A DNA stretch of 64,000 bases. Source: Eledone cirrhosa (taxonomy: Eukaryota). Positions within the stretch are counted from its first letter, which is position 1. Every line of letters starts with the position of its first letter. Made by a program: the position numbers and the translations under genes. Under the pieces are notes generated by a model. It was given only the letters and a program-made list of their open reading frames with translations, was not told the DNA's origin and did no database searches. Location: positions 347,262,001 through 347,326,000 of the forward strand of contig OZ024742.1 in assembly GCA_964016885.1 (NCBI GenBank). Direction: 5' to 3'. Below are positions 49,976-63,285 of the stretch, piece by piece.

Positions 49976-50931
49976 TATCTAACCCTTCCTCTTCTCTCGT
50001 ACCTCCTCTCGGCACTATTTCGTTTGAAGTAGACGATAATTTTCTGTCAATAATTTCTACTTAAATTAATCATATTAATTTTCTTTTTCTTTTCATCTTT
50101 TCTTTAATCGAAGCATAGAGTTACTTCCCTGTATGATCTGAGTTCAAATCCCGCCGAGGTTAACTTTGCCTTTCATCCTTCCGGGGCCGATAAAATAAAG
50201 TACCAGTAATGCACTGATTAATTGCTGGCCTTGTACCAAAAGTAGAAACAATTATCGAACATATCAATTTAATTTAAAACATTTTCTCTTTTACTCACAA
50301 ATCATTCTTAATTTACATATACAAAAGTCCTATAAATGAGATAGGAAAGTGATGTCTATACAATTTTACGATATTTCCTTTTCTTTTAATAATAAACCAT
50401 TCGGAATTTACGTATACAGATCAATGTGGTACTATTTTATTACATATGGCGGTTGCTGTGTAACACAAAAGAGCCTCCAGCTCTTTCTGTTTTTTAGTAT
50501 TTAATTGTTAATGACTGTTTTTCTGTTGTATTGGTACGAAATGGTAATTCTGTAGCCGAAAGAAAGGCAGTCAGACATTATTACAACAAATATGGCAGCG
50601 AATTGGCAGAGTTATTTGGATGTCGGACTAAATACCTCGATATTTATTCCGACACTCCGCGTAGAGACATAAGAAATAGAATGGGCTTCCCCACGTCGTG
50701 CGTGAAGACGACGTCCCTACGATTCCACCAGGAGTTAAGGGCCCTGCCCTTTCCTGTAGCTGAGAAGGGAGGTAACTATTGTTTTTACTGTGTCGCCTAG
50801 CAACAAAGATAAAGCTTTTTTTTTTATTTATTAAATTGATCTTAGCGATATCACATTGTTCCATGCTTAGATTATAAACCGTTTAATAATAATAATAATA
50901 TAGTGTTCTAGTGCAGTAGTATTTCAGGAAA

Positions 50932-53760
50932 ATGGCGGGCATTCATAATAATAAACCTCTTGAGATAACACCGATTGCAGATATCACGACCTTCATTTCG
51001 TCTATTGAACTTGCTGTAGCGTTTAACGGTCAGTATATAGCTTCCAATTACTTTCTTCCGACTCAGATAGGTATCTGGAAACTTCCAGAACATCCCATAT
51101 CCACTGAACGACTGTACACAAAGAAACAAGTCTGTGATATCCCATTCGGAACTGCACCTTCGCTGTTGTTAGAACACAGGAAGCCAGTAAAAGTCGTGGC
51201 TTTCTCGAGACATGATATAAAACAACCATTTTCGGTAACAGACTTACTCTGCTCAGTGAACGAACAATATCTTGTGGTATGGAATTTAAATAATCGTTTT
51301 GAGCAACGAATGCAACATCATATATGTTATGAGAACAATAATAATAATTGTGTGTTATATGCTAGAGATATAATACCAGCGTACAATGAGATATCTTACT
51401 GTGTGTTTAGCTGGCATAATGAATATATTGCTGTGTGCGTGGACTGTGATATATTAGTGGTATTTATTGGCTCAGACTTTGACACATCTTTGCAGAATCA
51501 TTCTGACACAGAGAGACCACAATGTCGAGTATTAAGATCTCACAAGTCTTTTGTAAATGGTGTTGAATTCCATCACCGTAATGTTAATATCCTGATATCA
51601 ATATCTGATGATTCCTCCTATATTGTATGGGATCTTATCTCTGAGAGTCCTCTCTACAAGGATTACTTCTCATATTTGATGGCGATTCCAGTTGTACTGA
51701 GCTTGAATTGTGAAAAGGACACTGTATTCGTTGGTACTTCAAATGGTCATTTGATCGTTATAAACTTACCATTGCCAGATACTACATCGAATACAACTAA
51801 AAAAGAATCTTTATTTAAGATCATTAAATCTGTTGATTGTTCTAAAATAGCTACTAAGATGCATGATTCTTGTGTTGGTGGAATATCACTGGTTAATAAT
51901 AGTGGAGCGTCTGCCATTTCTGTGGAGAGCAAATGTCTGGTGTTATCTCTGTGTTATTTATCACAAGAAAACAATTTCCTTCAACAAAGGCAGCAACAAA
52001 GCCAACATAATAAATCACTTTTTACAAACAACGATATAGACTATGAGACGTTAAAAGAATCGCCATTGGTGATAGTTGGTACAAACAATGCTGTTCTCTG
52101 TCTAAATGTTTACACTTTAGAATGCATAGCTTCAATAGACTTGAAAATTTACAACAGTGAACTTCTGGGAGATTTCAAAACATTGAACCTAATGCTAGCA
52201 ATAGAAACAAAAGACAACATTATACTTTTAACAGCAAATTCCTTCAGTAATGTTCTAAATCTATCAAGAATGCAATTAAAATTTGAAAGTTTTGATGAAA
52301 TCAGCCAGAAATCATTATTGCCTGAGTCTTCAGTACCATTGCTTGAGTCTTCAGTATCATTGCTTGAGTCTTCAGTATTATTGCTTGGGTCTTCAGGATC
52401 ATTAGATGATAACCAAGAAAAACCGGACATTGATATTTCTTCACGTAAATATATTGTTTATCCTTGCACTTTACTGACTGAAACTTCAGTGTTAAAATCA
52501 CAACTGGTTCCCATTGGCAAATGGAATAAAATTCAAAAAACCAAAGCTAAACAAAAAACATGCTCAGATTCTCAACTGACATTCAAGAAAGAAGTAAAAT
52601 CCTCAGGTTATACATCATCTCCTTCATATCAAACAATGTTTACACCAAAAACAAACAATTTTAAAACAAAAACTTTGCCTAAAAAATCACATTTGAAATC
52701 AAAGTTGATCCAGAAAAATTTCAATCCAGAAACAATAACCAATTATAAAACATCTTTACAAATTAGTGACAATTTTGCAGCTTTAACATGTCTGAAAATA
52801 TCACCAAATGGCAATAAATTGGCTGTAGGTTCAAGCGACAGCTCAGTTACAGTTGTAAAACAGTCTCCGACCAATAGTACAAGCTGTTATCAAGGCCATA
52901 GTAAACCAATAAATTCTGTCAACTGGAGTTATGATAATAAGTGGTTTATTACAACCTCAGATGAGTTGGCAGCTGTCTGGGATGAAGAAAAGCCAGTGCC
53001 GTTGATAAAATTTACCAAAGTAAAAAGTAATTTTACTTGTGACAAACATACAATTGGTTTCACGAAGGATATTAAGAGAGCACAGTTCTATTATATGGAT
53101 GACTTTATTCTATTAGCATCTAGTGACTCATTTCATCTTTACAAATACTATATAGATTCAACTACAGATGAAATACGACGTTACATGAGTAAAAGCAAAT
53201 ATAAATCAATTGGAACTTACCAAACAGATGGTAACTCTATAACTGACCTCACGGCTATTAATTCATTCTATTCTTATATTGTCCTTTGTTGTACAACCAA
53301 TCGGTCAATCTCGGTTTATGATATGAATGTTGGTCAAATTATACAGTTGATTTCAAATGTCCATCCAACAGTACCGTACTGTTTAGCCATGAACTCTGGT
53401 TCATCTTATATGTCATTACCACCAAATGCCTATGACTTAGTTTTAACTACTGCTCTCACTGACTCTGTTAAGCTGTGGGATTTAAGAGCAGGCGCAAATT
53501 GTTGTGTGCGCAAACTAGACCAACACTGCAATCGGGTGTATACCTGTCGAGCTATCTTCAGTCCTTGTGGTCACTATGTCCTTGCTGGTTCAGAAGACCA
53601 TAGAGCTTACATATATGATATTAGGGAAGGGACCTGTTGTGCTAAACTATCTAGACACTCCAATGTAGTCAAGGATGTTGCCTATCACCCTTTCATTCCA
53701 CAACTTTCCACAATAACACTAAATGGCCTACTGTATACTTTTACTTGTGAAGATATATGA
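50932..53760 (+). CDS. WDR27: WD40-repeat protein WDR27-like, single-exon ORF (942 aa)
   Basis: 2.8-kb uninterrupted ORF with N- and C-terminal WD40 clusters. Motifs recognised from WDR27: TF..EVKSSGY, AQFYYMDDFILL, LYKYYID..DEIRRY..KSKYK, NSFYSYIVL, KLWDLR, FSPCG..GSED. Start context aaaATGg. Confidence 0.85.
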   Translation: MAGIHNNKPLEITPIADITTFISSIELAVAFNGQYIASNYFLPTQIGIWKLPEHPISTERLYTKKQVCDIPFGTAPSLLLEHRKPVKVVAFSRHDIKQPFSVTDLLCSVNEQYLVVWNLNNRFEQRMQHHICYENNNNNCVLYARDIIPAYNEISYCVFSWHNEYIAVCVDCDILVVFIGSDFDTSLQNHSDTERPQCRVLRSHKSFVNGVEFHHRNVNILISISDDSSYIVWDLISESPLYKDYFSYLMAIPVVLSLNCEKDTVFVGTSNGHLIVINLPLPDTTSNTTKKESLFKIIKSVDCSKIATKMHDSCVGGISLVNNSGASAISVESKCLVLSLCYLSQENNFLQQRQQQSQHNKSLFTNNDIDYETLKESPLVIVGTNNAVLCLNVYTLECIASIDLKIYNSELLGDFKTLNLMLAIETKDNIILLTANSFSNVLNLSRMQLKFESFDEISQKSLLPESSVPLLESSVSLLESSVLLLGSSGSLDDNQEKPDIDISSRKYIVYPCTLLTETSVLKSQLVPIGKWNKIQKTKAKQKTCSDSQLTFKKEVKSSGYTSSPSYQTMFTPKTNNFKTKTLPKKSHLKSKLIQKNFNPETITNYKTSLQISDNFAALTCLKISPNGNKLAVGSSDSSVTVVKQSPTNSTSCYQGHSKPINSVNWSYDNKWFITTSDELAAVWDEEKPVPLIKFTKVKSNFTCDKHTIGFTKDIKRAQFYYMDDFILLASSDSFHLYKYYIDSTTDEIRRYMSKSKYKSIGTYQTDGNSITDLTAINSFYSYIVLCCTTNRSISVYDMNVGQIIQLISNVHPTVPYCLAMNSGSSYMSLPPNAYDLVLTTALTDSVKLWDLRAGANCCVRKLDQHCNRVYTCRAIFSPCGHYVLAGSEDHRAYIYDIREGTCCAKLSRHSNVVKDVAYHPFIPQLSTITLNGLLYTFTCEDI

Positions 53761-53829
53761 CATGCTGTCATGGCAGTGGCTTAGTAGTTAGGGTATTAGA
53801 CAGATTGTCATAACATCATTGGTTCAATT

Positions 53830-54012
53830 CCTCCCATCTGGCATTCCCGATTCACCCCCATCTCCACTTCAGTATTCTTGACTTACCCACCTCCACTCAG
53901 GCATTCTTGACTTATTCCGCCTCCACTCAGGCAAACTTGATTTACTCTGCCTCCACTCAAACATTCCTTACTCACCCCACCTCTACTCAGGCATTCCTAA
54001 TCACCCTACTTC
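53830..54012. repeat. ~30-bp degenerate tandem repeat (about 6 copies) behind a SINE head
   Basis: ccacctccactcaggcattcttgacttac units; SINE-like head at 53775-53832. Confidence 0.7.
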
Positions 54013-54110
54013 CATTTCATGTTACTTTTTATTATAAAAAACGGTTCCTCCATCATTAAAACACACCGGAAACCTCCTATAAAATACAACCTCACAGAAA
54101 GCCAGCTTAA

Positions 54111-54318
54111 CCCTTTAGCATTTAAACCAGCCATATCCGACCAGAATTCTTTTACCTCTTTCTGTCCAAACCAGCTGTAACCAGCCACTCATACTTATAT
54201 TAAGGTATTGTTCTCAAAATAAATAATATCAAAATCTCATAGATTCAATATTATGTAAGGTAAAGCCTTTACCACAAAAATACGATAGTATATATAGAGT
54301 AATGTAAATGCTAAAGGG
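54111..54318. mobile_element. piggyBac-like MITE
   Basis: TTAA-ccctttagcattta...taaatgctaaaggg-TTAA. Confidence 0.75.
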
Positions 54319-54618
54319 TTAAACCTGCATATAGATATCTGTAAATTTTATTTTTCATTTTACATGCTATAGTGACATTATGTTTTCAACAAACTAAGTT
54401 TAACACACAGTTTTAATATCCAGTTAGAACTGGCTTCCGGAAAATTTGTGATATCCCTGGAAAAGGCATGAATGCCATCATTCTCCCTTTTAATCTGAGC
54501 CATCATACTTGTGAAGTAAATCAAAATATATCAGACTCTGTTTTGATGTGACAATATAATATAAAATAAAATTAAGACTTCCGGCATCCAACTGCACCCA
54601 TTTTCTTCTACAGTCAGT

Positions 54619-54659
<41 letters not shown>

Positions 54660-54729
54660 CTGGTAGTGGCACCTTTCTCTGTATTTGTGTGTGTGTGTAT
54701 AAAAACTAAACAGAAATAAAAAAGCAAAC

Positions 54730-54880
54730 AACACAGTACATTGAAGAAATATATTAGTTTAACACTTGAAATAGCAGGAAAAGAGTCTTACTGTTTCGGA
54801 CACTAGTCCTTCATCAGACAATAGAAATAGAAGTAAAAGATAAAATAGAAAGATAAAGAGTAAGAAGAGGAAGGAAAAAG
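54730..54880 (-). mobile_element. PLE 3' terminus remnant with hammerhead-like core
   Basis: Minus strand CTGATGA-a-ggac-tagt-gtcc-GAAA-cag-TA-agactc at 54783-54817; same family as 2681-2770. Confidence 0.6.
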
Positions 54881-55310
54881 CACATGCGTATTCAGTCAGG
54901 CATATATATATATATATATATCATCATCATCATCATCATCGTTTAACGTCTATCTTCCACACTAGAATGGGTTTAGATGGGAATTTTCCCACTTGAGGCA
55001 AGATTGGTCGTCTCGCTCGTATAGGACTGTCTGGCAGGTTTTCTATGGCTGGATGCCCTTCCTAACACCAAGATATATATATATGTCTAACCCATGCTAG
55101 CATAGAAAGTAGACGTTAAACGATGATGATATATATATATATTACTAGTAGTGGCATCTTTCTCGGTGTGTGTGCATATATATATATATATATCATCATC
55201 ATCATCACTGTTTAACGTCTATTTTCCATACTTGCATAAGTTGGATGGCTGTCATGTGGTAAGGCCTGACCAGCCAGGTTACAAAGTTCTGCCTGTACAT
55301 TTTGTTTGGG

Positions 55311-58300
55311 CATGGTTTCTATAGCTGGAAACCCTTCCTAAAACCAACCACTACAGCATTTACTGAGAGCATGGTTTCTATAGCTGTAAACCCTTCCTAA
55401 AACCAACTACAACAGTATTTACTGAGAGCATGGTTTCTATAGCTGTAAACCCTTCCTAAAACCAACCATCTACAGCATTTACTGAGAGCATGGTTTCTAT
55501 AGCTGTAAACCCTTCCTAAAACCAACCACTACAGTATTTACTGAGAGCATGGTTTCTATAGCTGTAAACCCTTCCTAAAACCAACCACTACAGCATTTAC
55601 TGAGAGCATGGTTTCTATAGCTGTAAACCCTTCCTAAAACCAACCACTACAGTATTTACTGAGAGCATGGTTTCTATAGCTGGAAACCCTTCCTAAAACC
55701 AACCACTACAGTATTTACTGAGAGCATGGTTTCTATAGCTGTAAACCCTTCCTAAAACCAACCACTACAGCATTTACTGAGAGCATGGTTTCTATAGCTG
55801 TAAACCCTTCCTAAAACCAATCACTACAGTATTTACTGAGAGCATGGTTTCTATAGCTGTAAACCCTTCCTAAAACCAACCACAACTATTTACTGAGAGC
55901 ATGGTTTCTATAGCTGTAAACCCTTCCTAAAACCAACTACAACAGTATTTACTGAGAGCATGGTTTCTATAGCTGTAAACCCTTCCTAAAACCAACCACT
56001 ACAGTATTTACTGATAGCATGGTTTCTATAGCTGTAAACCCTTCCTAAAACCAACCACAACTATTTACTGAGAGCATGGTTTCTATAGCTGTAAACCCTT
56101 CCTAAAACCAACTACAACAGTATTTACTGAGAGCATGGTTTCTATAGCTGTAAACCCTTCCTAAAACCAACCACTACAGTATTTACTGAGAGCATGGTTT
56201 CTATAGCTGTAAACCCTTCCTAAAACCAACCACAACTATTTACTGAGAGCATGGTTTCTATAGCTGTAAACCCTTCCTAAAACCTACAACAGTATTTACT
56301 GAGAGCATGGTTTCTATAGCTGTAAACCCTTCCTAAAACCAACCACTACAGTATTTACTGAGAGCATGGTTTCTATAGCCGGAAACACTTCCTAAAACCA
56401 ACTACAACAGTATTTACTGAGAGCATGGTTTCTATAGCTGTAAACCCTTCCTAAAACCAACTAGAACAGTATTTACTGAGAGCATGGTTTCTATAGCTGG
56501 AAACACTTCCTAAAACCAACTACAACAGTATTTACTGAGAGCATGGTTTCTATAGCTGTAAACCCTTCCTAAAACCAACTACAACAGTATTTACTGAGAG
56601 CATGGTTTCTATAGCTGGAAACACTTCCTAAAACCAACTACAACAGTATTTACTGAGAGCATGGTTTCTATAGCTGGAAACACTTCCTAAAACCAACTAC
56701 AACAGTATTTACTGAGAGCATGGTTTCTATAGCTGTAAACCCTTCCTAAAACCAACTACAACAGTATTTACTGAGAGCATGGTTTCTATAGCTGGAAACA
56801 CTTCCTAAAACCAACTACAACAGTATTTACTGAGAGCATGGTTTCTATAGCTGTAAACCCTTCCTAAAACCAACTACAACAGTATTTACTGAGAGCATGG
56901 TTTCTATAGCTGGAAACACTTCCTAAAACCAACTACAACAGTATTTACTGAGAGCATGGTTTCTATAGCTGGAAACACTTCCTAAAACCAACTACAACAG
57001 TATTTACTGAGAGCATGGTTTCTATAGCTGGAAACACTTCCTAAAACCAACTACAACAGTATTTACTGAGAGCATGGTTTCTATAGCTGGAAACACTTCC
57101 TAAAACCAACTACAACAGTATTTACTGAGAGCATGGTTTCTATAGCTGGAAACCCTTCCTAAAACCAACTACAACAGTATTTACTGAGAGCATTGTTTCT
57201 ATAGCTGGAAACACTTCCTAAAACCAACCACTACAGTATTTACTGAGAGCATGGTTTCTATAGCTGTAAACCCTTCCTAAAACCAACCACTACAGTATTT
57301 ACTGAGAGCATGGTTTCTATAGCTGGAAACACTTCCTAAAACCAACTACAACGGTATTTACTGAGAGCATGGTTACTATAGCTGTAAACCCTTCCTAAAA
57401 CCAACCACTACAGTATTTACTGAGAGCATGGTTTCTATAGCTGTAAACCCTTCCTAAAACCAACCACAACTATTTACTGAGAGCATGGTTTCTATAGCTG
57501 TAAACCCTTCCTAAAACCAACCACTACAGTATTTACTGAGAGCATGGTTTCTATAGCTGGAAACACTTCCTAAAACCAACTACAACAGTATTTACTGAGA
57601 GCATGGTTTCTATAGCTGTAAACCCTTCCTAAAACCAACTACAACAGTTTTTACTGAGAGCATGGTTTCTATAGCTGTAAACCCTTCCTAAAACCAACCA
57701 CTACAGTATTTACTGAGAGCATGGTTTCTATAGCTGGAAACCCTTCCTAAAACCAACTACAACAGTATTTACTGAGAGCATGGTTTCTATAGCTGTAAAC
57801 CCTTCCTAAAACCAACCACTACAGTATTTACTGAGAGCATGGTTTCTATAGCTGTAAACCCTTCCTAAAACCAACCACTACAGTATTTACTGAGAGCATG
57901 GTTTCTATAGCTGGAAACCCTTCCTAAAACCAACTACAACAGTATTTACTGAGAGCATGGTTTCTATAGCTGTAAACCCTTCCTAAAACCAACCACTACA
58001 GTATTTACTGAGAGCATGGTTTCTATAGCTGGAAACCCTTCCTAAAACCAACTACAACAGTATTTACTGAGAGCATGGTTTCTATAGCTGAAAACCCTTC
58101 CTAAAACCAACCACTACAGTATTTACTGAGAGCATGGTTTCTATAGCTGTAAACCCTTCCTAAAACCAACTACAACAGTATTTACTGAGAGCATGGTTTC
58201 TATAGCTGTAAACCCTTCCTAAAACCTACAACAGTATTTACTGTGGGCATGGTTTCTATAGCTGTAAACCCTTCCTAAAACCTACAACAGTATTTACTGA

Positions 58301-61300
58301 GAGCATGGTTTCTATAGCTGTAAACCCTTCCTAAAACCAACCACTACAGTATTTACTGAGAGCATGGTTTCTATAGCTGTAAACCCTTCCTAAAACCAAC
58401 CACTACAGCATTTACTGAGAGCATGGTTTCTATAGCTGTAAACCCTTCCTAAAACCAACCACTACAGTATTTACTGAGAGCATGGTTTCTATAGCTGGAA
58501 ACCCTTCCTAAAACCAACCACTACAGTATTTACTGAGAGCATGGTTTCTATAGCTGTAAACCCTTCCTAAAACCAACCACTACAGCATTTACTGAGAGCA
58601 TGGTTTCTATAGCTGTAAACCCTTCCTAAAACCAATCACTACAGTATTTACTGAGAGCATGGTTTCTATAGCTGTAAACCCTTCCTAAAACCAACCACAA
58701 CTATTTACTGAGAGCATGGTTTCTATAGCTGTAAACCCTTCCTAAAACCAACTACAACAGTATTTACTGAGAGCATGGTTTCTATAGCTGTAAACCCTTC
58801 CTAAAACCAACCACTACAGTATTTACTGAGAGCATGGTTTCTATAGCTGTAAACCCTTCCTAAAACCAACCACAACTATTTACTGAGAGCATGGTTTCTA
58901 TAGCTGTAAACCCTTCCTAAAACCTACAACAGTATTTACTGAGAGCATGGTTTCTATAGCTGTAAACCCTTCCTAAAACCAACCACTACAGTATTTACTG
59001 AGAGCATGGTTTCTATAGCTGGAAACACTTCCTAAAACCAACTACAACAGTATTTACTGAGAGCATGGTTTCTATAGCTGGAAACACTTCCTAAAACCAA
59101 CTACAACAGTATTTACTGAGAGCATGGTTTCTATAGCTGTAAACCCTTCCTAAAACCAACTACAACAGTATTTACTGAGAGCATGGTTTCTATAGCTGGA
59201 AACACTTCCTAAAACCAACTACAACAGTATTTACTGAGAGCATGGTTTCTATAGCTGGAAACACTTCCTAAAACCAACTACAACAGTATTTACTGAGAGC
59301 ATGGTTTCTATAGCTGTAAACCCTTCCTAAAACCAACTACAACAGTATTTACTGAGAGCATGGTTTCTATAGCTGGAAACACTTCCTAAAACCAACTACA
59401 ACAGTATTTACTGAGAGCATGGTTTCTATAGCTGGAAACACTTCCTAAAACCAACTACAACAGTATTTACTGAGAGCATGGTTTCTATAGCTGGAAACAC
59501 TTCCTAAAACCAACTACAACAGTATTTACTGAGAGCATGGTTTCTATAGCTGGAAACACTTCCTAAAACCAACTACAACAGTATTTACTGAGAGCATGGT
59601 TTCTATAGCTGGAAACCCTTCCTAAAACCAACTACAACAGTATTTACTGAGAGCATTGTTTCTATAGCTGGAAACACTTCCTAAAACCAACCACTACAGT
59701 ATTTACTGAGAGCATGGTTTCTATAGCTGTAAACCCTTCCTAAAACCAACCACTACAGTATTTACTGAGAGCATGGTTTCTATAGCTGGAAACACTTCCT
59801 AAAACCAACTACAACGGTATTTACTGAGAGCATGGTTTCTATAGCTGTAAACCCTTCCTAAAACCAACCACTACAGTATTTACTGAGAGCATGGTTTCTA
59901 TAGCTGTAAACCCTTCCTAAAACCAACCACAACTATTTACTGAGAGCATGGTTTCTATAGCTGTAAACCCTTCCTAAAACCAACCACTACAGTATTTACT
60001 GAGAGCATGGTTTCTATAGCTGGAAACACTTCCTAAAACCAACTACAACAGTATTTACTGAGAGCATGGTTTCTATAGCTGTAAACCCTTCCTAAAACCA
60101 ACTACAACAGTTTTTACTGAGAGCATGGTTTCTATAGCTGTAAACCCTTCCTAAAACCAACCACTACAGTATTTACTGAGAGCATGGTTTCTATAGCTGG
60201 AAACCCTTCCTAAAACCAACTACAACAGTATTTACTGAGAGCATGGTTTCTATAGCTGTAAACCCTTCCTAAAACCAACCACTACAGTATTTACTGAGAG
60301 CATGGTTTCTATAGCTGTAAACCCTTCCTAAAACCAACCACTACAGTATTTACTGAGAGCATGGTTTCTATAGCTGGAAACCCTTCCTAAAACCAACTAC
60401 AACAGTATTTACTGAGAGCATGGTTTCTATAGCTGTAAACCCTTCCTAAAACCAACCACTACAGTATTTACTGAGAGCATGGTTTCTATAGCTGGAAACC
60501 CTTCCTAAAACCAACTACAACAGTATTTACTGAGAGCATGGTTTCTATAGCTGAAAACCCTTCCTAAAACCAACCACTACAGTATTTACTGAGAGCATGG
60601 TTTCTATAGCTGTAAACCCTTCCTAAAACCAACTACAACAGTATTTACTGAGAGCATGGTTTCTATAGCTGTAAACCCTTCCTAAAACCTACAACAGTAT
60701 TTACTGTGGGCATGGTTTCTATAGCTGTAAACCCTTCCTAAAACCTACAACAGTATTTACTGAGAGCATGGTTTCTATAGCTGTAAACCCTTCCTAAAAC
60801 CAACCACTACAGTATTTACTGAGAGCATGGTTTCTATAGCTGGAAACCCTTCCTAAAACCAACCATCTACAGTATTTACTGAGAGCATGGTTTCTATAGC
60901 TGTAAACCCTTCCTAAAACCTACAACAGTATTTACTGAGAGCATGGTTTCTATAGCTGGAAACCCTTCCTAAAACCTACAACAGTATTTACTGAGAGCAT
61001 GGTTTCTATAGCTGTAAACCCTTCCTAAAACCAACCACAACTATTTACTGAGAGCATGGTTTCTATAGCTGTAAACCCTTCCTAAAACCTACAACAGTAT
61101 TTACTGAGAGCATGGTTTCTATAGCTGGAAACCCTTCCTAAAACCAACCATCTACAGTATTTACTGAGAGCATGGTTTCTATAGCTGTAAACCCTTCCTA
61201 AAACCAACCACTACAGTATTTACTGAGAGCATGGTTTCTATAGCTGTAAACCCTTCCTAAAACCAACCACTACAGTATTTACTGAGAGCATGGTTTCTAT

Positions 61301-61415
61301 AGCTGTAAACCCTTCCTAAAACCAACCACAACTATTTACTGATAGCATGGTTTCTATAGCTGGAAACACTTCCTAAAACCAACCACTACAGAATTTACTG
61401 AGAGCATGGTTTCTA
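55311..61415. repeat. 59-bp satellite, roughly 100 copies, with higher-order duplication
   Basis: Unit catggtttctatagctgtaaacccttcctaaaaccaaccactacagtatttactgagag, with 55-60-bp variants. Confidence 0.98.
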
Positions 61416-61471
61416 CGATTGGATGCCCTTTTTAATGCCAGCCACATTATAGCATGTATTATATATATATT

Positions 61472-61986
61472 GAGTAGGTAGACCCAGAAAAACCTGGGAT
61501 GATCTGATAAATTCCGACCTTACACACTTACATCTCTCTAAGACAATGTCTCTGGATCGAGATCTTTGGCGCTACGCAGTAATACAGAAGACCTGCCTTG
61601 CCTATGTAAAAAGCGAAACCTACAGTCAGTAGGCACTTCTTAACCAAATATACACCCCCAATCCACTACCCCTACCATATCCTCCCACTCCCACCAACAG
61701 CACGAGATAATGAGATCGAGATCGTGTAGGTGTCACAACAAAAAACACACACAGTCCATGCTGTGATGTGGCAGTGTAGATAACACAGTAAAAAGTTCCC
61801 AGTTCCACACTGTAAATGTGGTTGGTGTTAGGAAGGGCATCCAGCCGTAGAAAACCTGCCAGATAGTCCTATATGAGCGAGACACGGCCACCCGACCAAC
61901 CTTGCCTCAAGTGGGACAACTCCCGTCTAACCCATGCTAGCGTGGAAAATGGACGTTAAACGAAGATGATGATGATGATGATGATA
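61472..61986 (+). mobile_element. RTE family B 3' end
   Basis: GRPRKTWDDLINSDL codons, 3'UTR and (GAT)n tail. Confidence 0.88.
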
Positions 61987-63285
61987 TTGGGATTAATATT
62001 ACCAGGGAAACATAATCTCTGGTTTTTCGTTTTTCTTCTTTTTCCCAAATTTGGACTCAACTTCACCTCCTTCTCCATCTGATTTTGCTACTTCAATATT
62101 TACAACCCTGCCTGTATTATAGTGGCTTCCAAAACACCACATATGTGTGTAGTGGCATCTTTGTGTGTGTGTATATATATGTATATATATCATCATTACC
62201 GTTTTGTGTCCATTCTTCCACGCTAGCATGGTATATATGTATGCGTGTGTGTGTGTTTATATATATAGATGTGTGTGTAGAGAGGCATCTTTCTGTGTGT
62301 ATATGTGAGGAGTAGGAATAAGGTGTCAAAGTATCAAGTTTATTCAGGAGTGACATGTGTTTCACGATTGATCAGCTCAAGGTACGATCCTTATCTATCG
62401 GGCCCAACTGTGAAATCAAGCCATATATATATGTGTGTGTGTGTGTATATATGCGTGTGTGTGTATATTTATATATATGTATGTGTGTGGTGTTTGTTTT
62501 TAAAGACAAATATTTTTTAGTTTCAATTTCTTTATTAGAACCATCTCATATTTTCCTAATAAGGCTTCTACAGTTCATTTGGAACAATATAGTTCCTAAG
62601 TCTATAATTTAGACGTCTCCAGACCCTTACAGTTAAATTATCAGTGTTGTTGGTACACACACACGCATATATATATATACATACAAGCTTACCCAGTTTC
62701 TGTCTACCAAATTTCAGTCACAAGGTATTATTTAAGCTGAAGCTCTAGGAGACAATTGCCTGAGTTGCCATACAGTAGAACTGGACCCAAAGTGTCGTGG
62801 TTACAGCCAGCCATGCCTACACCTTTGTAAAATATTATTTCAAGACCTATTTATAACTTACATCACTTCTGTTTCATGTCCATCTCCCAGATTAGCCCAT
62901 CGCTTCACAACCACATACTTCCAGACTCAGTCCTATTGTTCAGCCCCTTGAGCAAGTGTCTTCTACTATAGCCTTGAGTTGACCAACACCTTGTGAGTGG
63001 AACTTGGTAGACAAAAATTACAGAAACCTCTTGTATATATATATATATATATGTCTAACCCATGCTAGCGTGGAAGATGGACGTTAAACGAAGATGATGA
63101 TGAGATGATGATATATATATATATATATTGGAAAATGTGTGAGATCCTTGGTACAGTTAGGTATATTTGAAAAAAAGGAAAAGAATGACTTCACTTGTAG
63201 TGTTAACAAATTTTTTGGATTTAATTTTATATAATAATATGAGTATTATATTATAAAATTAAATCCGAAAAACTTTTTAACAATA

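Noticed and set aside
50531-50800. 89-aa ORF upstream of the WDR27-like gene
   Set aside because: It has a non-ATG start and includes SINE-like sequence; it is more likely promoter or UTR.
55311-61415. CRISPR-like regular array
   Set aside because: Units are contiguous near-identical monomers with no unique spacers, no cas genes and a eukaryotic context.
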